Assembly: GCA_022530585.1 (NCBI GenBank)
Contig: CP092821.1
Span: 457,525 to 521,524 of the forward strand
Direction: 5' to 3'
DNA: 64,000 nucleotides
From: Candidatus Nealsonbacteria bacterium DGGOD1a
Lineage (GTDB): Bacteria; Patescibacteriota; Minisyncoccia; Minisyncoccales; UBA5738
The position numbers and the translations under genes are program-made. Shown piece after piece: positions 18,267 through 26,892 of this stretch; positions within the stretch are counted from its first letter, which is position 1; each line of letters begins with the position of its first letter. The notes beneath the pieces were generated by a model, which did not search any database, was not told the DNA's origin, and saw only the letters and a program-made list of their open reading frames with translations.

Positions 18267-18686
18267 ATGACAATAATTGAAACTCTGGCAAAAATCGATC
18301 CGATGCTTTATGTGTCGATGTTTTTGCTGCCGTTCGTGCTATACGGATATTTGGTATCGTCAAAATCAAAAAAGAGAATCGCGGCCTCTTTGGCCAATCC
18401 GGCCGACCAGCTCAAAGAAAAGAAAATAAATATCCGCAAAGAGGTAACCGCGTCGCTTTTTTTGGGAGGCAGCGTGGCTTTCGGCGCGGCGATAATTATT
18501 ATCATCGGTTTTCTTGTGATGGATTTCAAAAATAGCAGCGGGCTTTTCGCGGTACCTTTGCCCGCGGCGACTTTTCCTCCGGCTCCGTCATGGGTCTATC
18601 CTTCCGCGCCTGAAAAACAGGCCGAAGCTCCCGCGGCAAAGGCGGTCAATGATGTTAAGGAATCGGAAGGTTTTCTCATTGATTGA
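18267..18686 (+). CDS. Hypothetical membrane protein
   Basis: 139 aa with two predicted TM helices (YVSMFLLPFVLYGYLV; LFLGGSVAFGAAIIIIIGFLVM) and a Pro/Ala-rich tail. Confidence 0.4.
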   Translation: MTIIETLAKIDPMLYVSMFLLPFVLYGYLVSSKSKKRIAASLANPADQLKEKKINIRKEVTASLFLGGSVAFGAAIIIIIGFLVMDFKNSSGLFAVPLPAATFPPAPSWVYPSAPEKQAEAPAAKAVNDVKESEGFLID

Positions 18687-18713
18687 ATTTTGTAATTTTT
18701 AAATAATCACAAT

Positions 18714-19811
18714 ATGGATAAAGAAACATTTTTCAGCGAATATAAAGGCGTGCTCATTGCCGGTACGGCGGTGATTGTCCTCGGCATTGTTTTATTGGCA
18801 AGTTTTTTGTTTTCCGGCAAATCGGTTTTGGTCAAAGATGTTCCGGGCCAGGAAAAATTCAAAGCCGGCGAGCCGTACACGGTGGCGTGGACGGCCAAGA
18901 ATGTAGGCCGGGTGGGGATCGTGCTTTTTAATGGCACCAAACCCCAGTGGATCGCCCAGAATATCGCGGCATCCTCGGGCAGATATGTTTGGAATTCGTA
19001 CGCCTATCAGGAAGCGGGCACCGATTACCGTATCGCGGTGTTCGAATATCCTTGGCGCAAGGGCAACGCGATCGCCTACAGTACATCTCCGATTGAAATT
19101 TTGGGACAGAAATATGTATCTTGCGATGATTACGCGGTTGAACAAAGTTGGCCGTTTTTGCCCGACAACTATCCGAATATCCGCAAAGTTTTCATTACCG
19201 CCGGCACTTTTTCAGGCAATTTGGGCGGGTTGGAAGGCGCTGATTTGGCGTGCAAAAATGAAGCGGAAAAAGCCGGTTACAGCGGGAATTATGTCGCGTT
19301 TATCGGTACCGATTCGCTGTCCGCCACCGAAAGAATTACCAAGCCGGGCGCGTTCGTGGAAGCCGAACCGATCGGCACGCTCGCGGAAGGCCGAAAGTGC
19401 AACCGTTTTATCGCCGGCACGGTTCAAAAATTACTGGATAAGACCCGGTTGACAAAAAGCTTGGGCCAAGTTGAATTGAGCGATACTTTTTATCGCCGGT
19501 TGGGCGATACATGGTTTGGCCGCCGCACCGCGTCAACCGATACAAAATGTTTGCAAGTGTCAATGATGGGCGTGGTGGGCGCGTTCAGCGGCAGTTACAC
19601 TTGCCAGAATTGGACGACCAACAAGCGTCAGGTGTACACGGGTACGGTGCCGGCCGAAGCCGATTTGCCGCGTTGTTACGATAGCGAAGGGAAAAACTTG
19701 CAGGCCAATTATTACGGCGCCGTGGCCAGCAGTTTCGATGAAAAAGGCGCGTACGCGATTGGCGGCGATACTTGCGACAGCAGCCATCGTTTGATGTGCG
19801 TGGAACAATAG
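18714..19811 (+). CDS. Membrane-anchored/secreted protein with DUF1554-like Cys-rich C-terminal domain
   Basis: 365 aa. N-terminal anchor. VFITAGTFSGNLGGLEGADLACKNEAEKAGY resembles the DUF1554 motif (iFvT...GnLGG..GAD..C) recalled from memory. Multiple conserved Cys. Confidence 0.4.
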   Translation: MDKETFFSEYKGVLIAGTAVIVLGIVLLASFLFSGKSVLVKDVPGQEKFKAGEPYTVAWTAKNVGRVGIVLFNGTKPQWIAQNIAASSGRYVWNSYAYQEAGTDYRIAVFEYPWRKGNAIAYSTSPIEILGQKYVSCDDYAVEQSWPFLPDNYPNIRKVFITAGTFSGNLGGLEGADLACKNEAEKAGYSGNYVAFIGTDSLSATERITKPGAFVEAEPIGTLAEGRKCNRFIAGTVQKLLDKTRLTKSLGQVELSDTFYRRLGDTWFGRRTASTDTKCLQVSMMGVVGAFSGSYTCQNWTTNKRQVYTGTVPAEADLPRCYDSEGKNLQANYYGAVASSFDEKGAYAIGGDTCDSSHRLMCVEQ

Positions 19812-20005
19812 ACCCCATTCTGGATGGAATATATATCGTGTATTGCTCGGTCGGAAATTTGAAATCTGGGACAAATCTGCGGGTAATATATGGAAGTTAT
19901 TTTGGAAAGCCGCCTATGTCAATTACTGGAATTCGCAAGAAGAGCTTGGTTATAAATTATATCGGACAACCGAATAGGCTTGGATTGTTCAGCGGGACAT
20001 TGCAG

Positions 20006-20200
20006 CAACCCCTCACCGGGGTATTTGTATCTGGGGTCTAACCCCTGTGTAATCGCAGGGGTTAGACCCCTTTAATAGCATTATGAATTTAAATTCGAAT
20101 GCTGTTGCAGGGGTCGCACCCCTGCTTCGCTAAAGCTTCGCAGGGGAACGACCCCAACAAGGTCAAACCTCAACAAATTTGCTCCCCGGTGAGGGGTTAC
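20006..20200. mobile_element. Nested MITE-like element with terminal inverted repeats caacccctcaccgggg / ccccggtgaggggttac
   Basis: Same TIRs as the elements at 24207-24340 and 29641-29814. The interior carries other hairpin repeats (20033-20070 'gcgtaatcgc'-type; 20108-20155 ggggtcgcacccc...ggggaacgacccc) plus a half REP. Confidence 0.6.
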
Positions 20201-20211
20201 ACATTGCAGGG

Positions 20212-20240
20212 TTGACAATTCGTTGAAAGTTGCTATAAAT
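20212..20240 (+). promoter_or_regulatory. Putative sigma70-type promoter for rplJ-rplL (followed by a ~150-nt leader)
   Basis: TTGACA (20212-20217), a 16/17-nt spacer, then TATAAAT (20234-20240). The leader ccgtagaaagcgagccaaccgaaagggggataagtcttgccgagg could be an L10-leader-type structure; this is unverified. Confidence 0.4.
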
Positions 20241-20389
20241 AATTTATCCGTAGAAAGCGAGCCAACCGAAAGGGGGATAAGTCTTGCCGAGGATGCAAAA
20301 TAATTTATTATTTTTGTATTCTTGCGCCTGCGGAAAGCGGGTGTTTTTAATTTTAAAGGTCGCAAACAGCAAGTAAATATTCAAAGAAA

Positions 20390-20905
20390 ATGGCAGTATC
20401 AAAAACAAAAAAACAAGAGATTGTCAAAGAGCTTGGCGACAAGCTGGGGCGGCAAAAAGCGGTCGTGTTCGCGGATTTCACCGGTTTGAAAGTGAAAGAC
20501 CTTGCCGGACTCAAAGCCAAACTTCGCGAAAACGGCGCCGAATTCAAAGTCGCCAAAAAAACTTTAATGAAGGTGGCGTTCAAGGAAAAGGGCATCAATA
20601 TCGACCCCAAGACACTTGCCGGGGAAATCGCTTTGGTGATGGGCTACAACGACGAAACCGCGCCCGCGAAAACGGTTTACGAATTTTCCAGAACCAACCA
20701 GAACATAAAAATTTTGGGCGGATTGCTGGAAAAGAACGCTTTGACATTGGAACAGGTGCTGAATCTGGCAAAACTTCCTTCCAAACAGGAATTGTATGCC
20801 AAACTTGTGGGCACGATGTCCGCTCCCAGCCGGAATTTCGCGGGAGTGTTGCAAGGCAACATTCGCGGCTTGGTAACCGTGTTGTCGAAAATAAAAACAG
20901 CGTAA
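20390..20905 (+). CDS. rplJ: 50S ribosomal protein L10
   Basis: 171 aa. Typical L10 N-terminus (KQEIVKELGDKLGRQKAVVFADFTGLKVKDLAGLKAKLRENGAEFKVAKKTL). Immediately upstream of rplL. Confidence 0.9.
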   Translation: MAVSKTKKQEIVKELGDKLGRQKAVVFADFTGLKVKDLAGLKAKLRENGAEFKVAKKTLMKVAFKEKGINIDPKTLAGEIALVMGYNDETAPAKTVYEFSRTNQNIKILGGLLEKNALTLEQVLNLAKLPSKQELYAKLVGTMSAPSRNFAGVLQGNIRGLVTVLSKIKTA

Positions 20906-20996
20906 AGTTAATTCTTAATTTTAAAATTTTGATATTTTTAATTTTGAATTTTTTTGAAAATTGAAAATTGAAAATTGAAAATTTTTTTGCAGGAAT

Positions 20997-21407
20997 ATGG
21001 CAGACGAAACAAAAGTTGAAGTGCCCGCGAAATTCGCGGATTTGGTGAAGAAAATCGAAGAAATGTCGGTTTTGGATTTGGCCGAACTGGTCAAGGTTCT
21101 GGAATCGAAGTTTGGCGTCAGCGCCAGCGCGCCCATGATGATGGCGGCGGCTCCGGCGGCGGGCGGTGCGGCGGCGGAAGAAGAAAAAACTTCGTTCACC
21201 GTTGTTTTGGCCGGTCCCGGCGACAAAAAGATCGAAGTGATCAAAGTGATCAAGGACATCACCCAGAAGGGTTTGAAAGAAGCCAAAGATATGGTTGACG
21301 CCAGCGCGTCCGCTCCTCAAGTGGTGTGCGAGAATGTGAAGAAAGAAGAAGCCGACGAGACCAAAAAGAAACTTGAAGCCGCGGGCGCGAAAGTGGAACT
21401 CAAATAA
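20997..21407 (+). CDS. rplL: 50S ribosomal protein L7/L12
   Basis: 136 aa. Ala-rich hinge and C-terminal [24 protein letters not shown]...[19 protein letters not shown], the L7/L12 signature. Confidence 0.92.
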   Translation: MADETKVEVPAKFADLVKKIEEMSVLDLAELVKVLESKFGVSASAPMMMAAAPAAGGAAAEEEKTSFTVVLAGPGDKKIEVIKVIKDITQKGLKEAKDMVDASASAPQVVCENVKKEEADETKKKLEAAGAKVELK

Positions 21408-21433
21408 GATATTTCATCCGCGTTCACTAATAA

Positions 21434-21457
21434 AAAAGGGCAGAGATGCCCTTTTTG
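21434..21457. terminator. Intrinsic terminator between convergent rplL and the beta-helix gene
   Basis: aaaaagggcagagatgcccttttt: stem gggca/tgccc flanked by an A-run and a T-run, so it could act in both directions. Confidence 0.6.
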
Positions 21458-21499
21458 ATTATACGCCTTTGATCGCGCCGGAAATTTTTGATTGATTTG

Positions 21500-24130
21500 T
21501 CACCAAAGGCTTTTTTGCAGTTCGGAGATTAAGCGGGTGATCGCTTCAATCAATAATTTTTTTGTTTCTTCGATTTTGGCCAAAATTTCCGCGCGGGATA
21601 ATTTTGGCGACGCGCCGAATCTTTCCTCGCTATCCTCGGGGACGGTATCTGTTTCGGCGGCGACGCTTTCCGAATAAACGCATTTTCCGCCGGAACAAGC
21701 CGTCGCGCAGGTACAAGTGTCTTGCCATTGGGGGATTGAAAAACAGGCGTTGTCCGAACATCCTTGTTTTAATGTTTGGCGCTGGATTTGTTTGCCCGAA
21801 CAGCGATAATTTGATGTCAGTTCGTTATTGCCGCAATTTTGCGCCAGCCCCTCTTGAATGCCGCAAGAATTATACCAATATAAATTTCCATTATCGCATT
21901 TTTGGGTCGTTTGCGGCGCGCAATTCGCAACGCATTCTCCGTCGGAACACGCTTTGCCGGTCTCGCAAGCGCCGCAGTTCACCGTTTTGCCGCAGCCATC
22001 GCTCCATAATCCGCATTTGTAATTGCCCAAACTCGCGCAAGTTTTGGGAAAGCAAACGGTAGAGCAATTATTGTTCAAGCAGGCTTTTCCCGCGGAGCAA
22101 TCGCCGCAGGAAATCGTGCCGCCGCAACCATCGCTTGCCGTGCCGCAACCATAGCCCAAACTCGCGCAAGTCGCCGGAACGCAAATCGTAGAGCATTGTC
22201 CGTTGGAGCAGGTTTGGCCCGAATTGCAACTTCCGCAATTGAGCGTGCCGCCGCAATTATTGCTCCAATAACCGCAATTTTTACCCAAACTCGCGCAAGT
22301 CGCCGGAACGCAAACCGTAGAGCATTGTCCGTTGGAGCAGGTTTGGCCCGAATTGCAACTTCCGCAATTGAGCGTGCCGCCGCAATTATTGTTCCAAGAA
22401 CCGCAATTTTTACCCAAACTCGCGCAAGTCGCCGGAACGCAAACGGCAACGCAATCGCCGTTACTGCAAGTTTTATTTTCTCCGCAAGCGGTTGTCGCGC
22501 TCCATTTCAAACATCCTCCCGAAAGCGCGCAAGTCTGCGTTCCGTTGCCGGAGCATCGCCGGATTCCCGACGACGAACATTCGTTCGCGCAGGAATTTTC
22601 GCTCAAAGAACCATACACCGTTCCCGAAGAAACATCTGTTTTTTCCCGCGACACGGTTGATGAATTGTTAAAATAAATTGACGCGCCGCCGATTGAACTG
22701 TACATATATTGCCCCGCGGTCGGTTCAAAAACGCATCCTTCGCAATGAACCGTGGAATTTTGGGCGATCAATGAATTAAAAGCGGATTTTAGACGCGTTC
22801 CTTCGATGGTCAATGAGCTGGCTTGATTGGCATAAACCGCGACGCCGGCGTTGATCAAGCCTCCTCTTAAAATAACCGGTATCGGTTCTTGCTCGATCCA
22901 GACCGCGTGATTTTTTGAAGCCGTATTCGTTGTTATTGAATCTATTTCCAATATGATTTGGCCGCGGTCGGCCAGCGAATAGGGTGAATTGTGGTTGTTT
23001 TTGATGTAAACCGCTCCGATAAGTCCGAGGTTTGAGATATTGGTATCGATCTTTAGATTTTTTATCGTGATGCCGCCCGCGCCGGGATATTCCTCGTTGC
23101 CGATCTTCAGTATTCCATTATTGATTTCGGCGCCGTCAATCGCCAGATCAAGTTTGTGATCGCCCACATTGACAATTTGCAATGCCACGGTTCCGGAAGC
23201 GATGGTTCCGTCGTTGGCGAATTTCAAACGGCCGGCTTTGATTTTTTCCACATCGTCAAAAACCAATCCCGCTTGGCGATTGTCGTGGCTGTAGATGTTG
23301 TCCAAATAGGCGTATGCTTCCCAGCCGCTGCCGTTGTTTCCCAAATACATTCCCGTGTTCGGAGAATTTTTTAATTCAATATTAAAAAATTTGCCGCCGG
23401 TTCTTTCGCCGCCCGTGAGAATCAGACCCGCGCCGTCATACCAAAAAGGCGATTGCGCATCTTTGTTGCCGTCCAGCGTTATGTTGGCCAAAGTGAACGC
23501 CGAATAGCCAAGCCCCAAACCGTTGCTGGCGAAAATGATCAGCGCCTGATGGCCGGAATAGTATTGGTTGTCGCCCAATTTTAAAACGGTCTGGCCCATG
23601 CCGGCGCCGTAAATATGGATATTTTTCCCTCTCAATGACAGAGCGGTGTAATAATGCGCTTCCGATCCGGAAAGAACATTGTTGATTGGAACATTTTGGT
23701 CGGCGCGCAAACCGTCATAGGTGCCGGTGCCGATGTATAGCGATCCGTTGTCCGGCGTCGCGGCAATCGCGTTGCGGATGACGGCGGTATAGTCGGCACC
23801 CGACGAGATCGTGCTCCCGGCGCTGTTCTTCGCGGTTGCCGTGTTTCCGGATTTGGAGATGGTAACATCATAAACCGACGGCAGGGGAGGCTGGCCGTTG
23901 ACGCACGCGCCATTCACGCATGCCTGGCCGGCGGCGCACCGCGCGCTGTCGTCGGCCCAATGGTTGGCCAAATTTCCGCCGCTTCCCAATGTTTGCCGGC
24001 AAACCCGGCATCCTTGGATCTGTCCGGCCGCGCCGCAATTATAGGAATCGGCGTTTGCCGAATTTGAAAAACCGAAAACCAGCCAGATTCCGGCAACAAT
24101 CGCGCCCAAAAGAAATTTTTTGTTTTTCAT
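21500..24130 (-). CDS. Secreted protein: N-terminal Cys knot, right-handed parallel beta-helix domain, four C-terminal 43-aa Cys-rich repeats and a C-terminal helix
   Basis: Signal peptide MKNKKFLLGAIVAGIWLVFGFSNSANA. Beta-helix-type repeats (NIHIYGAGMGQTVLKLG, ITLDGNKD, YSHDNRQAGLVF). Repeats CVPATCASLGKNCG.W.NNCGGTLNCGSCNSGQTCSNGQCSTV. ATG 24130 is preferred over TTG 24136. Confidence 0.7.
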   Translation of the reverse strand: MKNKKFLLGAIVAGIWLVFGFSNSANADSYNCGAAGQIQGCRVCRQTLGSGGNLANHWADDSARCAAGQACVNGACVNGQPPLPSVYDVTISKSGNTATAKNSAGSTISSGADYTAVIRNAIAATPDNGSLYIGTGTYDGLRADQNVPINNVLSGSEAHYYTALSLRGKNIHIYGAGMGQTVLKLGDNQYYSGHQALIIFASNGLGLGYSAFTLANITLDGNKDAQSPFWYDGAGLILTGGERTGGKFFNIELKNSPNTGMYLGNNGSGWEAYAYLDNIYSHDNRQAGLVFDDVEKIKAGRLKFANDGTIASGTVALQIVNVGDHKLDLAIDGAEINNGILKIGNEEYPGAGGITIKNLKIDTNISNLGLIGAVYIKNNHNSPYSLADRGQIILEIDSITTNTASKNHAVWIEQEPIPVILRGGLINAGVAVYANQASSLTIEGTRLKSAFNSLIAQNSTVHCEGCVFEPTAGQYMYSSIGGASIYFNNSSTVSREKTDVSSGTVYGSLSENSCANECSSSGIRRCSGNGTQTCALSGGCLKWSATTACGENKTCSNGDCVAVCVPATCASLGKNCGSWNNNCGGTLNCGSCNSGQTCSNGQCSTVCVPATCASLGKNCGYWSNNCGGTLNCGSCNSGQTCSNGQCSTICVPATCASLGYGCGTASDGCGGTISCGDCSAGKACLNNNCSTVCFPKTCASLGNYKCGLWSDGCGKTVNCGACETGKACSDGECVANCAPQTTQKCDNGNLYWYNSCGIQEGLAQNCGNNELTSNYRCSGKQIQRQTLKQGCSDNACFSIPQWQDTCTCATACSGGKCVYSESVAAETDTVPEDSEERFGASPKLSRAEILAKIEETKKLLIEAITRLISELQKSLW
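22156..22413. repeat. Two near-identical 129-bp tandem units (43-aa Cys-rich repeat), flanked by diverged copies (~21900-22460)
   Basis: Units 22156-22284 and 22285-22413 differ at only a few positions. The period was measured from recurring cccaaactcgcgcaagtcgccggaacgcaaa. Confidence 0.85.
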
Positions 24131-24206
24131 AATCAATTAAATAACCATTGAATAATATAATTTTAATTATAGAACAGATATTGCCTTCCAACAATAAAGA
24201 CATAAG

Positions 24207-24340
24207 CAACCCCTCACCGGGAAGTAAAAATAGCGAATTTGGAGGTCAATCCTCGGCTTGCGAGAGGTTTGACCTTCAAATTCGCGCCGGCCCTTACCGC
24301 AAATTCGTTAACCTCAACAAATTTGCTCCCCGGTGAGCGA
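24207..24340. mobile_element. MITE-like element, short copy (TIR caacccctcaccggg / ccccggtgagcg)
   Basis: About 100 nt are near-identical to 29644-29745 (agtaaaaatagcgaatttggaggtcaatcctcggcttgcgagaggtttgaccttcaaattcgcgccggcccttaccgcaaattcgtt). Confidence 0.65.
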
Positions 24341-24371
24341 TTGCAGACATAAAGAGCTCGGCAACCGCTTA

Positions 24372-24443
24372 TTAAAGTTCGCGAAATATTTTTATGAAGT
24401 GTCTGACTCTTCCGATTATCCCTCGGGAATAATCGGAACAGGG
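24372..24443. repeat. ~72-nt conserved block upstream of a secreted-protein gene (copy 2)
   Basis: ttaaagttcgcgaaatatttttatgaag...ttccgattatccctcgggaat..cggaacagg; compare 11981-12052. Confidence 0.5.
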
Positions 24444-24512
24444 AAGAGATTATTTGATTTTTATCTCGTTTCTTATAGAATGGACATATTACGATTTATG
24501 ATAAACGCAAAT

Positions 24513-26219
24513 ATGGGAAAAATTATTTTGTTTTCTTCGCGCGCCGCCGCGGTTTTATTTTTTGTCTGCTTCGGTTTTCCGAGGGTGGTTTTGGCAAGCG
24601 ATAATCTTGTCGCGAATCCTTCGCTTGAGATTGCCAACGCAACCGGGAACGCGCCGGCGGACTGGGCGCAAGAGATCGCCGGTTCAAACGATGCCGTTTT
24701 TTCATATCCTTCAACGGGGGCGCGGGACGGAGCCAGGTCGGTGATAATCTCAATTTCGCAGAGGACAAGCGGCAGTGCCGATTTGGCGACCGCGCCGATT
24801 TCGGTAACCGCCGGCAAAACATATCTTTTCCAAAATTATTACAAATCTTCCGCGGAGACCGAAACCGATGTTGAATTTCAAACCGCGGACGGGAATTTGA
24901 GCTGGAAATGGCTTGGCAACAATCCGACAAGCGCCGATTGGAAAGCGGCGTCATACACATTTACCGTACCCGTCGGAATAACAAAAATAAGAATATATCA
25001 GGCATTGGCCGCGACGGGTTATCTGCAAACGGACGGCTATTCGCTTTTGGAAGTTGTCGTTGATGGCCCGATTGTCGCCAATAATGTACCCAACGCTTCT
25101 TTGGAGCAAACCGATGCCGGCGGCGCGCCTTTGGCTTGGAACAACGACAATTGGGGGACGAATACGCAGGTTTTCACTTATGATAATTCCGGTTACGAAG
25201 GTAATCACAGCGTCAAAGTCCGGCTCACGGAATGGACAAGCGGGGACGCGCGCTGGTATTTCGACCACCGGGAAATCCAAGGCGGGCAGTATTATTTTTT
25301 GACCGACTATTACAAATCCAATGTTGCGACCGATGTGTATGTCCAGACCATTAACGCCGCCGGACAAGTGAATCACCTTTGGCTTGGTTCTCCGGCCGCG
25401 TCAACATCTTGGGCCAAATTCAGCGCGGCGGTTTTCCTGCCCGAAGATGTGGTTAAATACACGATTCTTCACACGATTTCAAAGGTTGGCTATCTTTCGA
25501 CCGATAATTATTCTTTCAAGCCGCTGGCGAATGCCGCTTTCAACAGAGGTATCGTGAGCATTGTGTTTGACGACGGGTTGGCCAATGTTTACCAAAACGC
25601 CCTGCCGATAATGAATCAATATGGTTTTAAATCAACCCAATACATTGTGAGCGGCGCGATCGGGAGCCAAACCAAATTGGATTTGCCGGCGATGACCAAA
25701 GCCCAAATCTCGACAATGTATAAAGGGGGCCATGAGATTGGTTCTCACACCGTGAACCACCCCGACCTGACATCATTGAATACCGCCAAACTAAATTCCG
25801 AATTGTCGAATTCCAAGAAAACTTTGGATGTTTCTTATTCGCCGGTTAATAATTTTGCCATTCCGTTCGGAAGATACAACGACACCGTGATTGCCGCGGC
25901 TAAAAAGTATTACGGTTCGGCGCGCACTTCCGACGGCGGAGAAAATACGCTCATCGGGTTTGACCAATACCGGCTAAAAACTCAATATGTGGTCAATACG
26001 ACAACGCTCGCCGAGGTTGAAAGCTGGCTTGCCCAAGCGGCTCAAGACAAGGCCTGGCTTATTATTCTGTATCACAATGTTGCCGACGGCGGCAGTTACG
26101 AGTACACCGCGACCAAGCAGGCTTTCAGCGATCAGCTTGCCGCGATTAAAAACAGCGGTTTGCCGGTACTAACCGTCCGGCAGGCTCTAAACGAAATCAA
26201 ACTTCAACTTCCGCTATAG
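24513..26219 (+). CDS. Secreted polysaccharide deacetylase (NodB/CE4-type) with two N-terminal CBM4/9-like carbohydrate-binding modules
   Basis: Start at MGKIILFSSRAAAVLFFVCFGF (signal). Duplicated ~150-aa modules (NLVANPSLE..., NNVPNASLEQ...). CE4 motifs SIVFDDGL and GHEIGSHTVNHPDL. The ORF-track 5' extension (24333-24512) is repeat-derived. Confidence 0.8.
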   Translation: MGKIILFSSRAAAVLFFVCFGFPRVVLASDNLVANPSLEIANATGNAPADWAQEIAGSNDAVFSYPSTGARDGARSVIISISQRTSGSADLATAPISVTAGKTYLFQNYYKSSAETETDVEFQTADGNLSWKWLGNNPTSADWKAASYTFTVPVGITKIRIYQALAATGYLQTDGYSLLEVVVDGPIVANNVPNASLEQTDAGGAPLAWNNDNWGTNTQVFTYDNSGYEGNHSVKVRLTEWTSGDARWYFDHREIQGGQYYFLTDYYKSNVATDVYVQTINAAGQVNHLWLGSPAASTSWAKFSAAVFLPEDVVKYTILHTISKVGYLSTDNYSFKPLANAAFNRGIVSIVFDDGLANVYQNALPIMNQYGFKSTQYIVSGAIGSQTKLDLPAMTKAQISTMYKGGHEIGSHTVNHPDLTSLNTAKLNSELSNSKKTLDVSYSPVNNFAIPFGRYNDTVIAAAKKYYGSARTSDGGENTLIGFDQYRLKTQYVVNTTTLAEVESWLAQAAQDKAWLIILYHNVADGGSYEYTATKQAFSDQLAAIKNSGLPVLTVRQALNEIKLQLPL

Positions 26220-26289
26220 GTGCGACCTATGCAAAAACCTATGCAAAAAATACCGTTGAAGCGTTTCGTAATTCAAAGTAAATAATGTT

Positions 26290-26880
26290 TTCACCCTGTC
26301 GGTCTTGCCGCAGGGAACAACTTAAGGGGGTGGTTTGGTAGGGGGATATCCCCCTACCATCACGCGCGAAAGCGCGTCCGTGTTACAATAAGCCAATATG
26401 GAGCAAGAAAAGCGGGATATCTGGCGTTGGTATCACAATGTTTCCGAATGTTATTACCACATCCAGATTACGGTCAAATATCGCAAAGCATTACTGAACG
26501 AAAAGGTGATTGCCGCAATTGTCGAGAGCCTGAAAGGATTTATGGAACGGTACGCCATTGAGATCAGCCATGTGGGATTCGACCAAGACCACGCCCATAT
26601 TCTGGCAAGATTCCTGCCGAAGTATTCCGGCGGCCAGGTTATCAAAATAATAAAAAGCATTACCGCGCGCGAGGTGTTCCGGCAAGTTCCCGAAATTAAA
26701 AAAGAACTCTGGGGTGGAGAGTTCTGGACAGACGGCTATTATATCGCTACGATCAGCGCACGCGGTAATAGGAAAGTTATTGAGCGATACATTCAAAACC
26801 AAGGCAGACCAAAAGACGTGAGCCAGTTACGATTGTTTGAATTGTAGCTGCGAACGCCCTGCGGTCTTGCCGCAGGGTCA
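26290..26880. mobile_element. IS200/IS605-family minimal insertion sequence (tnpA only) with subterminal hairpins
   Basis: Hairpin ccctgtcggtcttgccgcaggg (26295-26316) to the left and ccctgcggtcttgccgcaggg (26857-26877) to the right of tnpA. An extra palindrome ggtagggggatatccccctacc at 26338-26359. Confidence 0.7.
26398..26847 (+). CDS. tnpA: IS200-type Y1 (HUH) transposase TnpA
   Basis: 149 aa. HUH motif DHAHILARF and catalytic-Tyr region FWTDGYYIATISARG..VIERYIQNQ. Typical IS200 size. Confidence 0.85.
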   Translation: MEQEKRDIWRWYHNVSECYYHIQITVKYRKALLNEKVIAAIVESLKGFMERYAIEISHVGFDQDHAHILARFLPKYSGGQVIKIIKSITAREVFRQVPEIKKELWGGEFWTDGYYIATISARGNRKVIERYIQNQGRPKDVSQLRLFEL

Positions 26881-26892
26881 TTTACAAAAAAT

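Noticed and set aside
18714-19811. Diversity-generating retroelement target (C-type-lectin-like variable region)
   Set aside because: There is no reverse transcriptase gene in the window. I found no template-repeat copy of the 3' end of this gene or of any other secreted-protein gene.
20595-21320. 241-aa minus-strand ORF spanning rplJ-rplL
   Set aside because: It is antisense to two ribosomal protein genes with unmistakable signatures and crosses their intergenic repeat. The product is Arg/Phe-rich nonsense.
24333-24512. N-terminal 60 codons of ORF 24333..26219
   Set aside because: This part overlaps the MITE right end and the 72-nt repeat block. A canonical signal peptide begins at Met61 (ATG 24513), so the extension is judged spurious.
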